DNA from: Lama guanicoe
Taxonomy: Eukaryota
NCBI GenBank assembly: GCA_013239625.1
Contig: MU054338.1
Span: 4,874,724-4,938,723 of the forward strand
Reading direction: 5' to 3'
Length of the DNA: 64,000 nt
Below are positions 14,560 to 46,317 of this stretch, in pieces. The position numbers and the translations under genes were made by a program. Each line of letters begins with the position of its first letter. The stretch's first letter is position 1. The notes below the pieces were generated by a model. The model was not told where the DNA came from and did not search any database. It saw nothing but the letters and a program-made list of their open reading frames with translations.

Positions 14560-15040
14560 TTTTCCTGTTTAAAGTGGTAAAATACACATAAAATTTACCA
14601 TCTTAACCACTTTAAATGCACAGCTCAGTGGCATTAAACACGTTCACACTGTTGGGCAGCCATCACCACCATCCATCTCCAGAACTTTCTCATCTTCCCA
14701 AACTGAAACTCTGTCCCCGTGAAACACTGACTCCCCCTCCCCCTCCCCCAGCCCCTGGCCCCACCATCTACTTCCTGTCTCCAGAGGAATCTGACTCCTC
14801 TGGGGACCTCCTATGAGTGGATCAGACAGTATTTGTCCTGTGACTGAATTATTTCACTGAGCATCATGTCCTCAAGTTTCATCCATGTCGTAGCAGGTGT
14901 CAGAATTTCCTTTTTAGGGCTGAATAATATTCCACTGTGTGGCTGGACCCCATTTAGTTTATCCATTCATCCATCAGTGGACACTTGGGTTACTTCTACC
15001 TGTTGGCTCTTGTGAATCACACTGCTGTGAACATGGGTGT
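14560..15040 (-). mobile_element. L1M 3' fragment
   Basis: catcaccaccatccatctccagaac...atccattcatccatcagtggacacttggg. Confidence 0.8.
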
Positions 15041-16085
15041 CCCTAAATATTTTCGATTATCACCCCCTCCCTCTCCCCCCATAGGGGCCTGGCCCATTCT
15101 TGTTCTTTCTAAACATGACTTGGAGCACCCCACATGGACACAGGCCTCTTAAAAAAATTTATTCTTCTGTTTTTAACAGGGCTCAGTTCAGCCTAAACTT
15201 AACTTAAAAAAAATGAGCCTTTTGTTTGGGAATAGTTTTCAATTTATAAAAAAAGTTACAAAGTAAGTACAGAGTTTCCATATGTCCCACACTCAGTTTC
15301 CCCTGATGCTCACATTACTGTTGACTAAGTGCCACCCTTCATTCAGATTTCACTGGGTTTTCTGTTCCAGGATCCAGCCCAGGATCCCATGTGGCACTTA
15401 GTGGGCTTAACTTTTGAGATACTTCCCGCCGTTACCATCATTTCAGTTACACATTGTCTGGTTCTAATAACCAGCCTTAGACAATCTGAATTTAGTGATC
15501 TCCCTGTGGCAGCCCGTCACCCTCATCCTTCACATCCTGCCCCCTTTTCTTATTCGTCATGATTCTCCCTGAAACATTTTCCAGATTTTTAAGACTCTCA
15601 CTTTCCCCTTTACTCTCAAATGTCAGGTCTTTGACATAAACCTCTCTTTTCTCTGAGCCTTTCTTCTTCCTCTCAGAAGCAACTTTTAAACAACACAACA
15701 CACAACAAAGGAGTGATTATCTATAATAACGGCAGGCAATAACTGTTACAAAACATTGATGTGTTTTGGTACCAACATACTAATCAATACCGTTAGAGAA
15801 AAGGAAAATGCAGTTCAGGTGGGGAACCTCCAAGTTCTCTGCCAGCCAACCCCTTTCAGAGATAGGAAGATCCTTGGCCATTTATTTTTTGTTACTGTTT
15901 GTTTCTGTTTTAATTTTAAGGCGTACATGCTTCCTAAATTGTAACATTCAGTAATGCAACATTAACAATGGTACATTCTTAACATTGGCCAGATACACGC
16001 ACACAAAAGATCACACAGTTTCCCTTCCTCTAGACACAGGCGAACAATTAATTGGGCACAGTTCTTTAGATAGGCAAGCAAGATA

Positions 16086-16630
16086 CAGTCAGCCCTCGGT
16101 TTCTGTGTTCCACATCCTCGATTCAGCCAGCCAAGGATCAAAAATATTTGGGGGGGAAATACTCCAGAAAGTTCCAAGAAGCAAAACTTGAGTTTGCTGC
16201 CTGCAGGCAACTATTTACATAGCATTTTCATTGTATTATGTATTGTAGGTAACCTAGAGATGATTGTTAAAGTATGCCTGAGGACATGCGTAGGTTACAT
16301 GCAAATGCAGTCAGCCCCTGAACAATGTGGGAAGCAGGGCGCTAACCCTCTGTGCAGCCCCAAAATCTGAGCATGACTTTATAGTCGGCCCTTCGTGTCT
16401 GCAGTTTCACCTCCTCAGATTCAACCAACTGTGGGCCGGATGGTCCTATGACACATGTATAGTGAAGAAAGTCCACTGTGAGTGGGCCCTTGCAGTTCAC
16501 ACCCGTGTTGTTCAAGGGTCACCTGTACAGTGCCATTTTATATAAGGGACTTGAGCATCCTTGGATTTGGGATTTGGGCATGCTCGGGGGTCCTGGAACC
16601 AATCCCTTGCAGATACTGAGGGCCTACTCT
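16086..16630. mobile_element. Tigger-family MITE (MER2-like) with a nested Tigger2-like MITE at 16308-16525
   Basis: Outer TIRs cagtcagccctc / gagggcctactct; inner TIRs cagtcagcccctgaacaa / ttgttcaagggtcacctg. Confidence 0.75.
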
Positions 16631-17302
16631 ATTTAATATTTGTGCTAATAACAAAGCAAATTTTTCTATGCCTTTTGGTGATGTTGGGGAGTTGCTCACT
16701 AAGGGCAAATTCTGCCACGAGGTTGGGGACAGCTGAGGCCTTCAGTTTCAAGCCTGGGGCCAGCCGGCCACTCGTTCAGCCAGGTGTCATTTCCTACTCG
16801 CCACACTTCTGCCCATGTCTCTCTCACTCGGTAGCCCCCCGAGAGGCTTCTGCACGAAGTCCTCAGGTTTCCAGCCAGGAGAAGGTCTTGCTCTCGGCCC
16901 GTTCTCAGTGGAGCAGCCTCATGTCCCACTGGGTTGCTCACTTTATCTTCCCTTCTCATTGCTTTTTATACTCATCACACTCCTGTCTGTCTCCCAGATT
17001 CAGGCATTTCTCATTTTCAGTGGTAACCCTGTCTGAATGTCTTGAAGCCTGCTTTCTTACAAAGAACTCTTCCCAGACCCTCCTCTTTGGGCACCAGAAC
17101 TGTCCTCTTAGGTCTCGGTTACATGTCCATAACCTCCTCCAGGAGTCCTCCCTAAGGGGCCATGGGTGCCCTCTGGTCTCCCCTGAAAGGTGAAGGGATG
17201 GAGGAAAGAGGAAGGCTGCTGCTTCTTTCTGCCGAGGTATCCGGGGAGTGATAAGAAAGGCTCTAGAATTAGATGAGTTCTCAGGAGACGCGGTTTTATT
17301 CA

Positions 17303-17665
17303 TTGTGCTCTGGGTGGAATTGCTTGCCCCCAACCCCCATGTGAAGCCCTGACCCCCAGAGTGATGGTATTAGGAGGTGGGGCCTGTGGGAGGTAACTGG
17401 ATTAGATGAAGCCATGAGGGTGGGGCCCTCACCATGCAGTTAGTGCCCTTATATGGAAGAGACACCAGAGAGCTTGCTCGCTCTCTCTCTACCGTGTGAG
17501 GACACAGCGGGAAGGCAGCCATCTGCAAGCCAGAAAGACCTCAACAAGGGCTGGATCTGATGGCACCTTGATCTTGGACTTGCCAGCCTCCAGGAACTAA
17601 GTTTCTATTGTTTAAAGCCACTCAATCTATGTTGTTTTATTATGGCAGCCCGAGCTGACTACGAC
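17303..17665 (+). mobile_element. MaLR (MLT1/MST-like) LTR
   Basis: gtgatggtattaggaggtggggcc...accttgatcttggacttgccagcctccag. Confidence 0.8.
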
Positions 17666-17734
17666 TCTGGGCACATGTCCTTTCTATTTTGTTGTTGTTG
17701 TTGGTGGTGGTGGTGCTTTTGTTTGTTTCACACT

Positions 17735-19020
17735 TTTTCTTTTGAAATCCTTACAGACTCACAGTAAATTGCAAAGGTGATACAAAGAGGTCACATACTC
17801 TACCCCTCACCTGGTTTCCCCCACATCTTTGTGACTATAAAAGGATATCAAAACCAGGACATTGTCACTGAGGAAATTGTGTGAGTCTAGTCCATGCAGT
17901 TTCATTACATGTGCTGATTCCCACAGCTGCCACCACCTTCCAGATCCAGGACTGTTCCATCACCACAGATCTCCCTTGAACTCCCACTTTATCATAGTCT
18001 CATCCGCTCTTATGCCCCCCCCCACCGTCAACCCCAGCAACCGCAGATCAGTTCTCCATCTCTATAATTTTGTCATTTCAAGAGCATTATGTAAATGGAA
18101 TCATACAGTGACCTTTTGAGATTGGCTGTTTTAAAATCACAGTATAAAGCTTGTGAGCGCTTTTGTTGCGTGTTATCAGTAGCTCCTTTTCCTCACCGAG
18201 TAGTATTCCGTGGCACAGATGGACCACAGTTTGTCTTAACCATTTACTCAGAGAAGGGCATCTGGGCTGATTCTTGATTTGGGCCTGAAAGCTGCTGCAA
18301 ACAGTCATGAACAGGTTTTTCTCCCAACCTAAGTTTCGTGTTTCTCTGAGATACATACCCAGGAATGCAATCATTTGGTTTTCTTTACAGACTGCCCAGC
18401 TGTTTTCCAGAGTGACTGCAGCATTTTACATCCCCACCAGCAACATGTGAGCGATCCAATTTCTCCACATCCTCGCCAGCATTTATAGTCGTCAGCATTT
18501 TTTTATTTTAGCCATTTCAGTAGCGGTGGCTCGTGGTGGTTTTAATTCGCAGTTCTCTGGTGGCTAAATGATGTTGAACACCCAGTCACGTGTGTTTTAC
18601 CATCCATGTACCGTCTTCAGTGAAATGCACCTTCATCTGTTTCGCTCATTTTCTAAGTGGGTTGTTGGTATTTTTAGCACAGGGGTTTGAGAGCTCATTA
18701 TATATTCCAAATGCTAGTCCTTGGCCAAGCAGTTTGCAAATGTTTCCTCCCACTGTGTAGCTTGTCTTTTCATCCACTGAACAGGGCCTTCCATGAGCAA
18801 ACGATTTTAATTATGATGAAGTCAGTTTAAAGATTTTTTTTTTCTTTTGTGGATCGGGCTTCTGGTGCCGTAGAAAGAACTTTTCCTCATCCAAGCCCTA
18901 GTTCCTGAAGACTTTCTCCTACGTTATCGATGAGACGTTTTCTGGTTTCACATTTCCCGTCTACACCCGCAGCCCAGTTGGAGTCCTTATTTGTGGAAAG
19001 CATGAAGCTTAGGTTGAGGT
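17735..19020 (-). mobile_element. Old L1M fragment (ORF2 3' end and UTR)
   Basis: ttttacatccccaccagcaa...ccacatcctcgccagca...gcaaatgtttcctccca. Confidence 0.75.
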
Positions 19021-19926
19021 TGAGGTTGTGTCTATGCCCACTCCTGGAGGCATTCTTTCGATTTTAAGTTCCAGAATTATCCATTGAGTAATATAAAATA
19101 TTTTGTAGAATCATGATTTGCAAGGATATTGCTTGTCAGGAAGATACTGCAACTTTTTTTAATGGTATTTGCTGAGTTTGACGTAATTTGGGGGTTGGGG
19201 GGCTTGTGTATTTCCTTTATTAGATCATTTCAAGTGCCTTTATTAGATCACTTCAATATGCCTTTTTTTTTTTCTTTCCTTTGTCCTGTGAGGCATGGGG
19301 TTAAGATTTGGGTATTTTTCCCCCTCCTATATTTTTATTCTCTTCTTGGCTTGTGTAACATCAAAATGAACCAGAGCAGAGAAATCAATGAGTTGTCTCG
19401 GCATTGATTTAATCTATTCTCAGGTGGCCGAAGAGCCGGGAACTGTGAACTGGAAACTTCATTTTGTATCAGATTTTCTTAATTGTCTCTCCAACACTTG
19501 CCTGCGGCTCGGGCTTGCTAGAACTCTCCAGAGACAGGCGGCCCTCTCAGCCTGAAAGAGAAGTCTTCACAGACACAAAGAATGGGGCAGGGGAGGGAGA
19601 CCCAGGACCTCAACAAATATGAGAAAAGAGGCAGCTGTTTTGAAGCCAAGCCTTTGAAACTGCTGGGCGGCTGGGGAGGGCTGTTCCTGCCTGAAAGATT
19701 CTGTCAGTCGGTCCATCTGCGTGGCCTTGTGCAGAAAACCACAGGGACTTCTGTGCCCGGCCCAGCTGCCTTCCGAAAATGTTTCTAGTTGCTCTCCTAT
19801 CAAGCAGCAGGAAGAATCTGCCATTTAGAAAATAGAGTTCTTGCGCAGAAGTCGATATTTCTAGAAGCCAAGGTGCTTCTGGATTCTAAAGGACAATTTA
19901 GGAGCAATCAAGAGCACCACTTGAGT

Positions 19927-20083
19927 GGGGAGGGTATATCTCAGTGGTGGAGAGCGTGCTTGGCATGCACAAGGTCCTAGGTTCAATCCTCAGTACCTCC
20001 ATTAGAAAAATAATAGATGAATAAACAAACAAACAAACAAATAAATAAACCTAATTACCTACCCCCTCCCCAAAAAAAAAAAA
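19927..20083 (+). mobile_element. tRNA-derived SINE
   Basis: A/B boxes, (AAAC)n(AAAT)n-cctaattacc tail, polyA. Confidence 0.85.
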
Positions 20084-21229
20084 CAGGATGGTCACTTGAT
20101 ATGTCATAATGGGTTTCCTTGAAAAATGACTTTCGGCAGATTCATAACTATTAAGTCTTTTGTTGATGGTTTTTCCTTGCGAGTCCTTAGGACGCCTGTG
20201 GGAGCTGCTGGGGTCTTGCTTGTGTATCAGAGGATTTACAGGCTACGGGTCGCTTGGGAGCACAAGTACGCTAGAAATTAGCCCCTCTTCACCTGAACTT
20301 GGTAGTGTGGGGTCTGTTCAAAGTACAGTAATGTAGGCGGGTTGTATCTGTCATACAAGGTTTATCATCTAATCTGCTCACTCTTCATTCAATTCAAGGA
20401 ACAAAGGTCTAAAAAAATTCATCAGAACAGGCTGCTTGCCTGTGATTTTTGCTGGGAACGGGTGCGTTTTTTCCTCTGGGTCAAGAAGTTTTTCCATTTT
20501 CACTGTTCCCTTCTCGTTTTCATCCCTGCCTCTCCTCTGGGTCCCCCATGTGCTGTCGGTCCCCACCATGGGCCAGGTGCTCGCCCGATCGATGGGCTGG
20601 CTCAGCGGTGGGCAGACGGTGCTAATGAGGCTCCGCAGCAGCCCCGATGGCTGTGCGGACAGTCCGCTCTGCAGCCCGGATCCCAGCGCCACCCTGCCGC
20701 CCTCCTGCCCCACCATGGCCGTTTGGTTTAGGAAAACACAACAGCAGGATAAATATGTCTTCCTGTCCCTCTCAGAGCCAGGAGCAGCATGACTAGCTCC
20801 TACAGTGAGTGGAACGTACAAGCCCTTGTTTGTTCTCTTCCTTCAGAAAGACGGCTCTTCCTCAAGGGAGTTTACCAGGTTGACAGCTTTACCCGGATCT
20901 AATTCACATACTATACAATTCGCCTATTTAAGTGGACAGGGCAGTGGCTTTTAGTGTATTTAGAGTCATCACAGTCGCTTTCGGCATCCCCAAAAGAAAC
21001 CCCAGACCCGTTAGCCGTCCCCCTCGCATCTCCCCAGTCCTGGGCACCTGTTAATCTGCTCCCCGTCTTTATGGATTTGCCTGTACGTTTCCAGCAGGTG
21101 GAACCCTGTGTGGTCTCCTGTGCCTGGCCACTTCCACTTAGCGTACTCCCCGGGTCCCTCCACACAGCGCGTTTCATCACCTCAGTCCTCCTGTGGCTGA
21201 ATAGTATCCCGTCGTGTGGTTGGACGTTA

Positions 21230-21875
21230 CTCTCAGAGGCTGTCTTTGCAGATTCACCGCCTCGCTAGAATGTACTTGTCATCCCAGATCAGTACTTGTG
21301 GGGTTTTCACAGTCACGTGCAGAGATGTGTGCAGTGAAAACTGTGAGTCGCTCAACACGCAGACACAGCCCCAGCTGAGGCTGAACAGGCCACGCCCTGC
21401 CTTCCTGCTTCACTTCCTACTGTAAACACGTGTCCTTTTTTGTGGTGTATTTGGTGCCTCATTTTTCACTTTATGTTTTTGACTTTTTGTTGGTGATTTG
21501 GCTGTTTCAAGGGGCCCCCAGGCAGAGCGCTGAAGTGCTGTCTAGTGTTTCAAAGTGCAAGGAGGCTGCTGTGCACCTTGCAGAGAAAATCTGTGTGTCA
21601 TAGCAGGCTTCGTACAGGCACGAATAAATACACAGTGCTGAAAACTGGCCGCAGGTTCAATGTTAGTGAATCAACAATATGTATTAAATAAGACATCCTT
21701 CAGTGGAAACACACATAAAACAAGGTTACATGTTGACTGGTTGGCAAAAGTGTAGCCAGAACTCACCAGAACCTACACTTCTATCTCCTGTGGGAGCAGT
21801 GGTTCGGTGTTAGCGAATTCAGGGTTCACTACAACTTTACTGAACGTCACCCCCGCGAATAATGAGAATCGACTG
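21230..21875. mobile_element. TcMar-Tigger (Tigger3-like) element
   Basis: Terminus gcgaataatgagaatcgactg followed by TA. Confidence 0.75.
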
Positions 21876-21879
21876 TAAC

Positions 21880-22570
21880 TGTTTATTCTGGAATCGTTCA
21901 AGACTTACAGGGAGTTGTAAGAATAGACGGACTTCCTGTGTACCTTTCATTGAGCGTGTCCCCATCATGATAGCTGACAGAACTCTAGTCATCAAAACTA
22001 AGACACTGGCAGTGATACGATGTTCTCAATTCAGGGACAGATGGGATCCGGGTTTTCCTAGTTGTTACGTACACTCTTGTGAGCACCGGCGTGTACAGGT
22101 CTATGAAATTTTATCCCTGTGTGTTGATTTGAGTAATCAACACCACAGTCGAGATGCAGAACTGTCCCATCACCCTAAATAAACAATGATTTCTTTTTCT
22201 TAAATTGTGGTAAAATATACATGAATGTAAAGTTGACTAGTTTGACCATTTTTAAAGACTAAAGTCCGGTGGCAGTAAGGACATTCGCATTGTTGGGCAG
22301 CAGTCACCACCATCCGTCTCCAGAACTCTTGTCGCTTTCCCCAACTGAAACTGTTCGTGTTAAACGGGACTCTCCATCCCCTCCTCCCTACCTCTGGGAA
22401 CCGCCCCATCCTACTTTCTGTCTCTATGAACCTGACTTCTCTAGGGACCTCCTAGAAGTGGAATCTTAAAAGATTTTTGGTCTGACTTATTTCTCTGAGC
22501 ATAGTGTCCTCAAGTTTCATCCATGTTTTAGCAAGTGTCCGGATTTCATTCGTTTTTGTGGCTGAGTAAA
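21880..22570 (-). mobile_element. L1M 3' fragments
   Basis: Same signatures as 14560-15040. Confidence 0.65.
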
Positions 22571-23567
22571 ATCTCGTGAAAGTGATTTCTTGGTACCTGT
22601 TTTGTGGGAGGCACTGTCCTCCATTCTACTGGGGAGACACACAATGATCTGAACACCTAAGTAAATTGGATCCTGGGTTTGGGGGACCACCTCATCATTC
22701 TTTCAGCTTTTGAGTCCAGTGTTACCTGGTTTCCCTAATCATGACTCTGAGACATGAAAACCTCAAAATGTCTCCTCCATCATCAGAGCAAGATTTAATT
22801 CCACTTACCATAGATTTACCATTACCGATCATTTTTAAAGGGTTCTTTGGAACCAGTGATTCTTAGAGAATATTTATGGTGACTTTTTCTTCCGTGGGCT
22901 GTTTGATTAAAGCAGAATCCACCCAACTTCAGGCAAGACCTTGCATCACAGGAACAAATCTGTCAGCCAAGCCAGGATGCCAGGCAAGGGGTTCATTTCA
23001 GCATTTGTCCCATACTTGTACGTTCAGATCATAATTGCCTGGGTGGAGTTGAATGCGGTGTAGAAATGCCAGGAAATGACTGCCCTGGACCATAGAGGCC
23101 TCGATTTGTGATTTTCACCATTGTCAACGGGGGTTGGTGTATGAGCCACAGCCTTGTCACCTGTGTCTACCATGATCATGTTCATTGTTAGCCATTTATG
23201 ATCATGATGTCAGGATGTTTGAAGTCCCTGCCCAGGCGGCATCACACCGCTCAGTGGTTGATCTCAATTTACAAGTTTTCTTCATCACTTCTCTCCTGGG
23301 AGTTTTCTCTGTGACACATATCTGCCCGCACACTTGCGACCGCCCCACATTTCCACCTGTGTTCAGACTCACTCAGCGTGCTGAGTCCCACCCCCCAGAA
23401 AAGCTCCTGAGAGAGGCTTTCCTGGAGGGCTGGCCCTGTACCCACAAGGTTCCCGGTCTCTTGTGCTGCTCAGAACCAGAGTCCCAGCTACTTTAACGTA
23501 GAGAAACTGGCGTGTGGGTGCTTTGGGGACCCAGGAATCAGGTCAGGGGGCCACTGAGGGGAGGCAA

Positions 23568-23665
23568 TTAGGTTTGTTTATTTATTTATAATGGAGGTAC
23601 TGGGGATTGAACCCAGGACCTCATGCACTCTAAGCATGTGCTCTACCACTGAGCTATGCCCTTCC
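23568..23665 (-). mobile_element. tRNA-derived SINE
   Basis: Same core as the other copies. Confidence 0.8.
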
Positions 23666-24363
23666 TCTGGACAGATTCCTTTCAGTGCTGCTATATGTCT
23701 TGGAGCTGAGCTTTCAAATACAGTTTTCACCCTGAGAAGAAATTAGCCAAGCGGCTTGTCCCAACTAGGCTTGATTTAAATGGTCGGCTTGTCCAACAGG
23801 AGGTGAGAAAAAGCATCCTAATTACTGAGAGCTTGGCTTTCTGAGAGCTGCGTCTCGCCACCAGTGGAGAAGGTATCGGTGGCTACAACGCATCCTGACA
23901 TCGCAAACTCTTAAATTAATCAGCACATGCGTGTGAACAACCCTTCGGAGCCCCTGTCATGTGTTAGGTTGGTTTACAATCACTGTGTAAAATAGGATCA
24001 GAGCCTCCCGTCTACCTTAGGGGTCAGATTCGATTAGAGCAATTACCAACAGTGGCGCAGGCAGCTAACATCAGGGACCCCGCGCTCTCTGTGTCTCAGA
24101 ACCATCCTGACAGTCAGCCTCAGATTAATTACAATCATACGTGTGATGTTGGCACGGGCCGCGCCCAGCACAGAGCCCCCTACTCTGTGATCTTCAAGCT
24201 GGTGCGGGGAATGTGAACCCCTCTCTGCTTTTCACCCACCGCTCAGACTAGAGGAGTTGTTGTATTACTGTTATTTTACCAGAGGAGGAAAATACTGTGC
24301 AATTTCCCCCCCAAACGGTCACAGTGAAGACCAATTTCCTGCCCTCCGGACCCGCTGCTTCAG

Positions 24364-24423
24364 CCAATACAGTAAGAGAAGCGGCTTTACATTTCTAGAA
24401 GGATCCCCAGGAGGTATAAAAAG
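24364..24423 (+). promoter_or_regulatory. Candidate internal ARHGEF18 core promoter: CCAAT 24364-24368 and TATAAAAAG 24415-24423
   Basis: Canonical motifs and spacing, 47 nt upstream of ATG 24462; CpG-rich downstream. Confidence 0.5.
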
Positions 24424-24461
24424 GGCAGAGCCCGGCCTCGCACTGAGACCCAGCCGTGACC

Positions 24462-42423
<17,962 letters not shown>

Positions 42424-44400
42424 GGGGCGTGGCCCGAGGTGCAGGCCCCTCCCTGTGCTGCCCTCCCACCGTGCTCTCTGGGACCCGCCCCACTGTCTCT
42501 CTCCCCTTCCCAAACAGGCCTCCACCCACGACCACCTGGCCAGGGCGTGGCAGGGCTGGTCTGAGGCTCTCTCTGTAGGATTAGCAGTGGTGCCTGGGCA
42601 ACTTTGTAAACCTATTTTTTTATACAAAAAGGAAAGTTTTTAATCGAAGGTTGAACCAGAGCTAACCCAAGAGCTGTGAGTGCAGCACCCCGTTTGGGTG
42701 GGGGGGAGATCAACTGCAGGCTGTCCTTCCACAGGAGTGACCGATGGTGGTGGGTCCGCGAGGAGCATGGTGACAGGCCAGGCCCGTGGCCTGAGGAGGT
42801 GCTGACTCCGGGCTAGGCTCCACAGCCACCAGAAGGCACTGGTGGCGCCGGAAGGGCCTAGTGGTATCAGCTCTGTCCACAGAATCAGGCAGAACTGACT
42901 TCCACAGCAGAGGTCTGCATGTGTTCATGGTGGGCCTCAAGGCCAGGACAGGAGCCCAGACAAGGGGCGGCACACAGCTCCCCCGGGACAGAGGGCCACA
43001 GGGCAGGGCAGCCGGAGAGGTTGGCCGGCAGTGTGCTCGGCAGGCTCTGTAGGTGCACAAGGTCGTCCTGGAAGGGCCTGACCGTCACTCGTTTTTATTT
43101 GGTGGAGGTTTTTAAAACCTGCTGTTGTCAAACTTGGTGCTTTCCCGAGGCGCCGCACCAAGGCGGCATGGTTCTGTGGGCCTCTTGGACACCAGGCACC
43201 CAGGAAGCCAAGACCAGAGCTTCAGCCAGGGCTGGCACACACCCAAGGGTCCCAGCCCAGGCGGAGGGGCCTGAGTCCCTGTGAGACAGGCCAGTTGTCC
43301 CAGGGCTGCCAGGGGGAACTCCCAGGCTCATATCCCCAGCCAAGGGGCAGGTGCTGGGACCATGCAGAGCAGTGGGGTGAAACGCTAGAGTGATCACACG
43401 TGGCCTAGGTTGGTGACTTTTGCCAGCGAGTGGACAGATGGCCACCTGGCAGGCACCTCCACGTCTAGTGACCTGTCATAGCTCATGGTCAACTTCCCCT
43501 GGAGGAGGGCGAGGGCCACCAGTCCAGCCTCTCGGCCATAGGTGTTGGAGATGCTGTCACATGTCCAGGAACAGTCCGGCGGTGGCAAGAGGTCAGATTC
43601 CTGTACCAGCTCTGGCCACACTCAAGCTTGGGTGCCGGGGGTAGGGGTGTCCCAGCCTTCTCCTCTACCCCTGACTCTCTCATGGAACCCAGAGTCTTCT
43701 GAAGCCACGGAACTTCCCAAAGCATTGGTGGAAGACTGGGTCCTAGGTGGAGCAGGAGCCTGGGCCCAGCAGGGGTGAGGCAACACGGCCAGCTGGTGAC
43801 AAGGAACTGGCAGCAGGTCCGGACCTCTCCCGAGCCCGGTAACTGCCCTGGCGTCTTCAGCTCCTCTGAGAACCTCCCCAGCCTCACCCTTGCCTGTGGG
43901 CCCGCAGCACCAGCAAGGAGCCAGGAGCAGCATCGCCCCCCACGACACGAGCGAGCTCCTCCGTGCCACACCGACAGTCAGTGTTTGTTTTGTACTGAGA
44001 CGCATTGGAGCACTTTAGAAAAGTTGACTTTTAGTTCCTGTCCTATTGTGAAGAGGACGTTCCTGGGCCACGCGGCCCCACCCACGGGCTCCATCTGACC
44101 CTCCGAGAGGATTCCTTGGGCGATAAGGAGTTCAAGGAGGTTTCTGACTAGTGCCAGCGGCCGGGCAGCACCGTGGGCACATCCCTCCCCGTACTGCAAG
44201 GTCACTCCTGGGTCGAGCCCAGTGTTACCTGTAAAGTTGGTGGTTGAGCAAATGTTCTGATTTCTGTGGGATCTGTGCACGTCTTTGTTAATTGTGACTA
44301 AGATCTTAGTCCACCCGACAATTATTTCTACAATGATCGCAGCGTTTCCTCACTGCAGGGTATTTCAGAACCACCCTAGAACTTAAGACCTGATTCTAGC

Positions 44401-44406
44401 AATAAA
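44401..44406 (+). terminator. ARHGEF18: ARHGEF18 polyadenylation signal AATAAA (3' UTR about 2 kb)
   Basis: First AATAAA seen after the stop; followed by GT/T-rich sequence (ggtggctgttctttggggtctagtttt). Confidence 0.75.
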
Positions 44407-46311
44407 AGTGTCTGAGATGAGCTGACCGGGGTGGCTGTTCTTTGGGGTCTAGTTTTAGGATAATCTGTCCAAACGTTGGTGCTGTAGTGGTGCATTCTGG
44501 CAGGGGCCCCCTCAGGCCCTCTGCTGCAGGAGGACCCTGGGAAGGCCTGGACACCATGCTGTGATGTCCCATCCCTCCTGGCTGGCCCCAGGACACCACA
44601 GCAGCCGCCTCAGCTGCTGTCACCTCTCCTGCTGAGGGCAGGCATCAGGCCCGTGCACCACTCCCCCTGCCTGGAGGCTGGGACACCTCCCGGGCAAGTG
44701 ACACAGCCCCCCCAGCCCTGCTTGGCACCAGCTCAGACCAGTGATTAGATAAGCCGCACAGAGAGCCTAGGCCAGGCCGCCCCCTCTGGTTCTCTGCAAA
44801 GCCCCAGACAGTGATGGCATCTGGACATTCAAGGTTGGAGGCAGTGGCAGTGCCAAGGTGGCCTCAGTAGCCCCTAGCAGCCTCCCAAATGAGGCCAAGG
44901 TGCAGAGAATGCCGCCGAGTCCTCCTGCCCTGGCTGGGTCCCCTCCCATTTAGGCCCATCCCTGTCCTGGGATGTCAGCCTCCTCACAAGGTGTGGCCCT
45001 GCTGGGTTCCGGGCACTCCGGGGCCGCCAGCTTCGCTGCTCATTGACAGAGCTGTTTGCCACAGATGCGCTCCGCGCGTCCTGCTTAACAGCTGGAGATC
45101 CTTCACGGCCCAGTCCCTCGAACTGGCTTGCTTGCTTCACCCCAACCTGACGGCCAGCCCCGGGAAGGGCCCTGGGCAGGGGCTGTGGCGCACTCCAGGC
45201 AGAGCCAGCCCTGGCTGCACCGCCCAGCCCTCCCGGCCGTGCCCGAGGCTGCGCCCAGCCCTACTGCCCAGGCCCGTGGGGACGCCAGCCTTTGGGGGCA
45301 CCTGTGACACATCCAGGTGTTCACGTGGCTCCCTGATAAACACGCTGTCTTACAGGTGTTAACTCACTCAGTGTCCAGACAGGCAGGCAGGTGCTGCTCC
45401 CACCCCTACACTAATCTTGCAGGCACCCCTGGGCGCTGGGAGGGGGTCTCTGCTGAGGCAAAGCATGCCCCCCCTTACAGGAGGGGAGAGGGAGGCTCGC
45501 CAGGCCCGGCACCTCCAGAGGGCCCCCAGGTGGAAGGGCAGGGGGGCTCCGGCCAGGGGGGTCTCCTGCACCCCATGCCACCTGAGCAGCCCTCCATCCC
45601 AGCCATTCCGAGCCACGTCCCTTTATGAAAGAACAAAATGTGGCTGACACCACAGGAGACTTCGGGGGCTGTAAACGCTGCCGTTGGTTGGCTCTTCGGG
45701 TGCCTGTGAGATGAGGCAGGGAGCCCAACGCCCCCGCCTTCCCGCCGGGGCCCGGACGCGGAGGTCACAGGGGCGAGGGGCGGGTGCGGGCCAGCCGCCA
45801 GCCACCACCGCCGCCCGAGGCCACACACACACACGCAGCCTCCCAAACGTCAGACTGGAAAAGCAGCTTGTCCCGTCCCCGGGCACTCCCCACGGGCTGG
45901 GAGATGGAGCCTCGGGCATCTCCACAGGCGCTGGGAGCCCACGAGATGCTCAGACTGGCCCCGAATGGCCACGGCAACCCTGGCAACAACCCTGACCCTG
46001 TGGCTGAGTGGGCGATGCTTCAGCCACGACACACATTCCGAGATGCCCAGGGGCACAGACGCGGGCCCGGCCCGGCCCAGCAGAGGCGACATCCACGGCC
46101 GGGGTGCCTGAGCCCACGAAGTGGGAGAGCTGCCCTTGGTGGGGTCAGCAGCGAGAGAATGTTCCAGAAGGTGGGCGAGGAGGTGTGGCTTCCCACTGTA
46201 GCTCCATGAGGCACACCTGGCTAGGGAGAAGTGTGAAGGACGGGCCGCAGGCGGCGGGGTGGGAGTTTAGGAATAAGCGCTGACACCTGGCTGGGCACCA
46301 GCACCACAGCA

Positions 46312-46317
46312 TTTAAT
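46312..46317 (-). terminator. PEX11G: PEX11G polyadenylation signal ATTAAA
   Basis: tttaat on the + strand, about 340 nt past the stop. Confidence 0.6.

Noticed and set aside
1..24300. Upstream coding exons of the long ARHGEF18 isoform
   Set aside because: None recognised; they probably lie before the window
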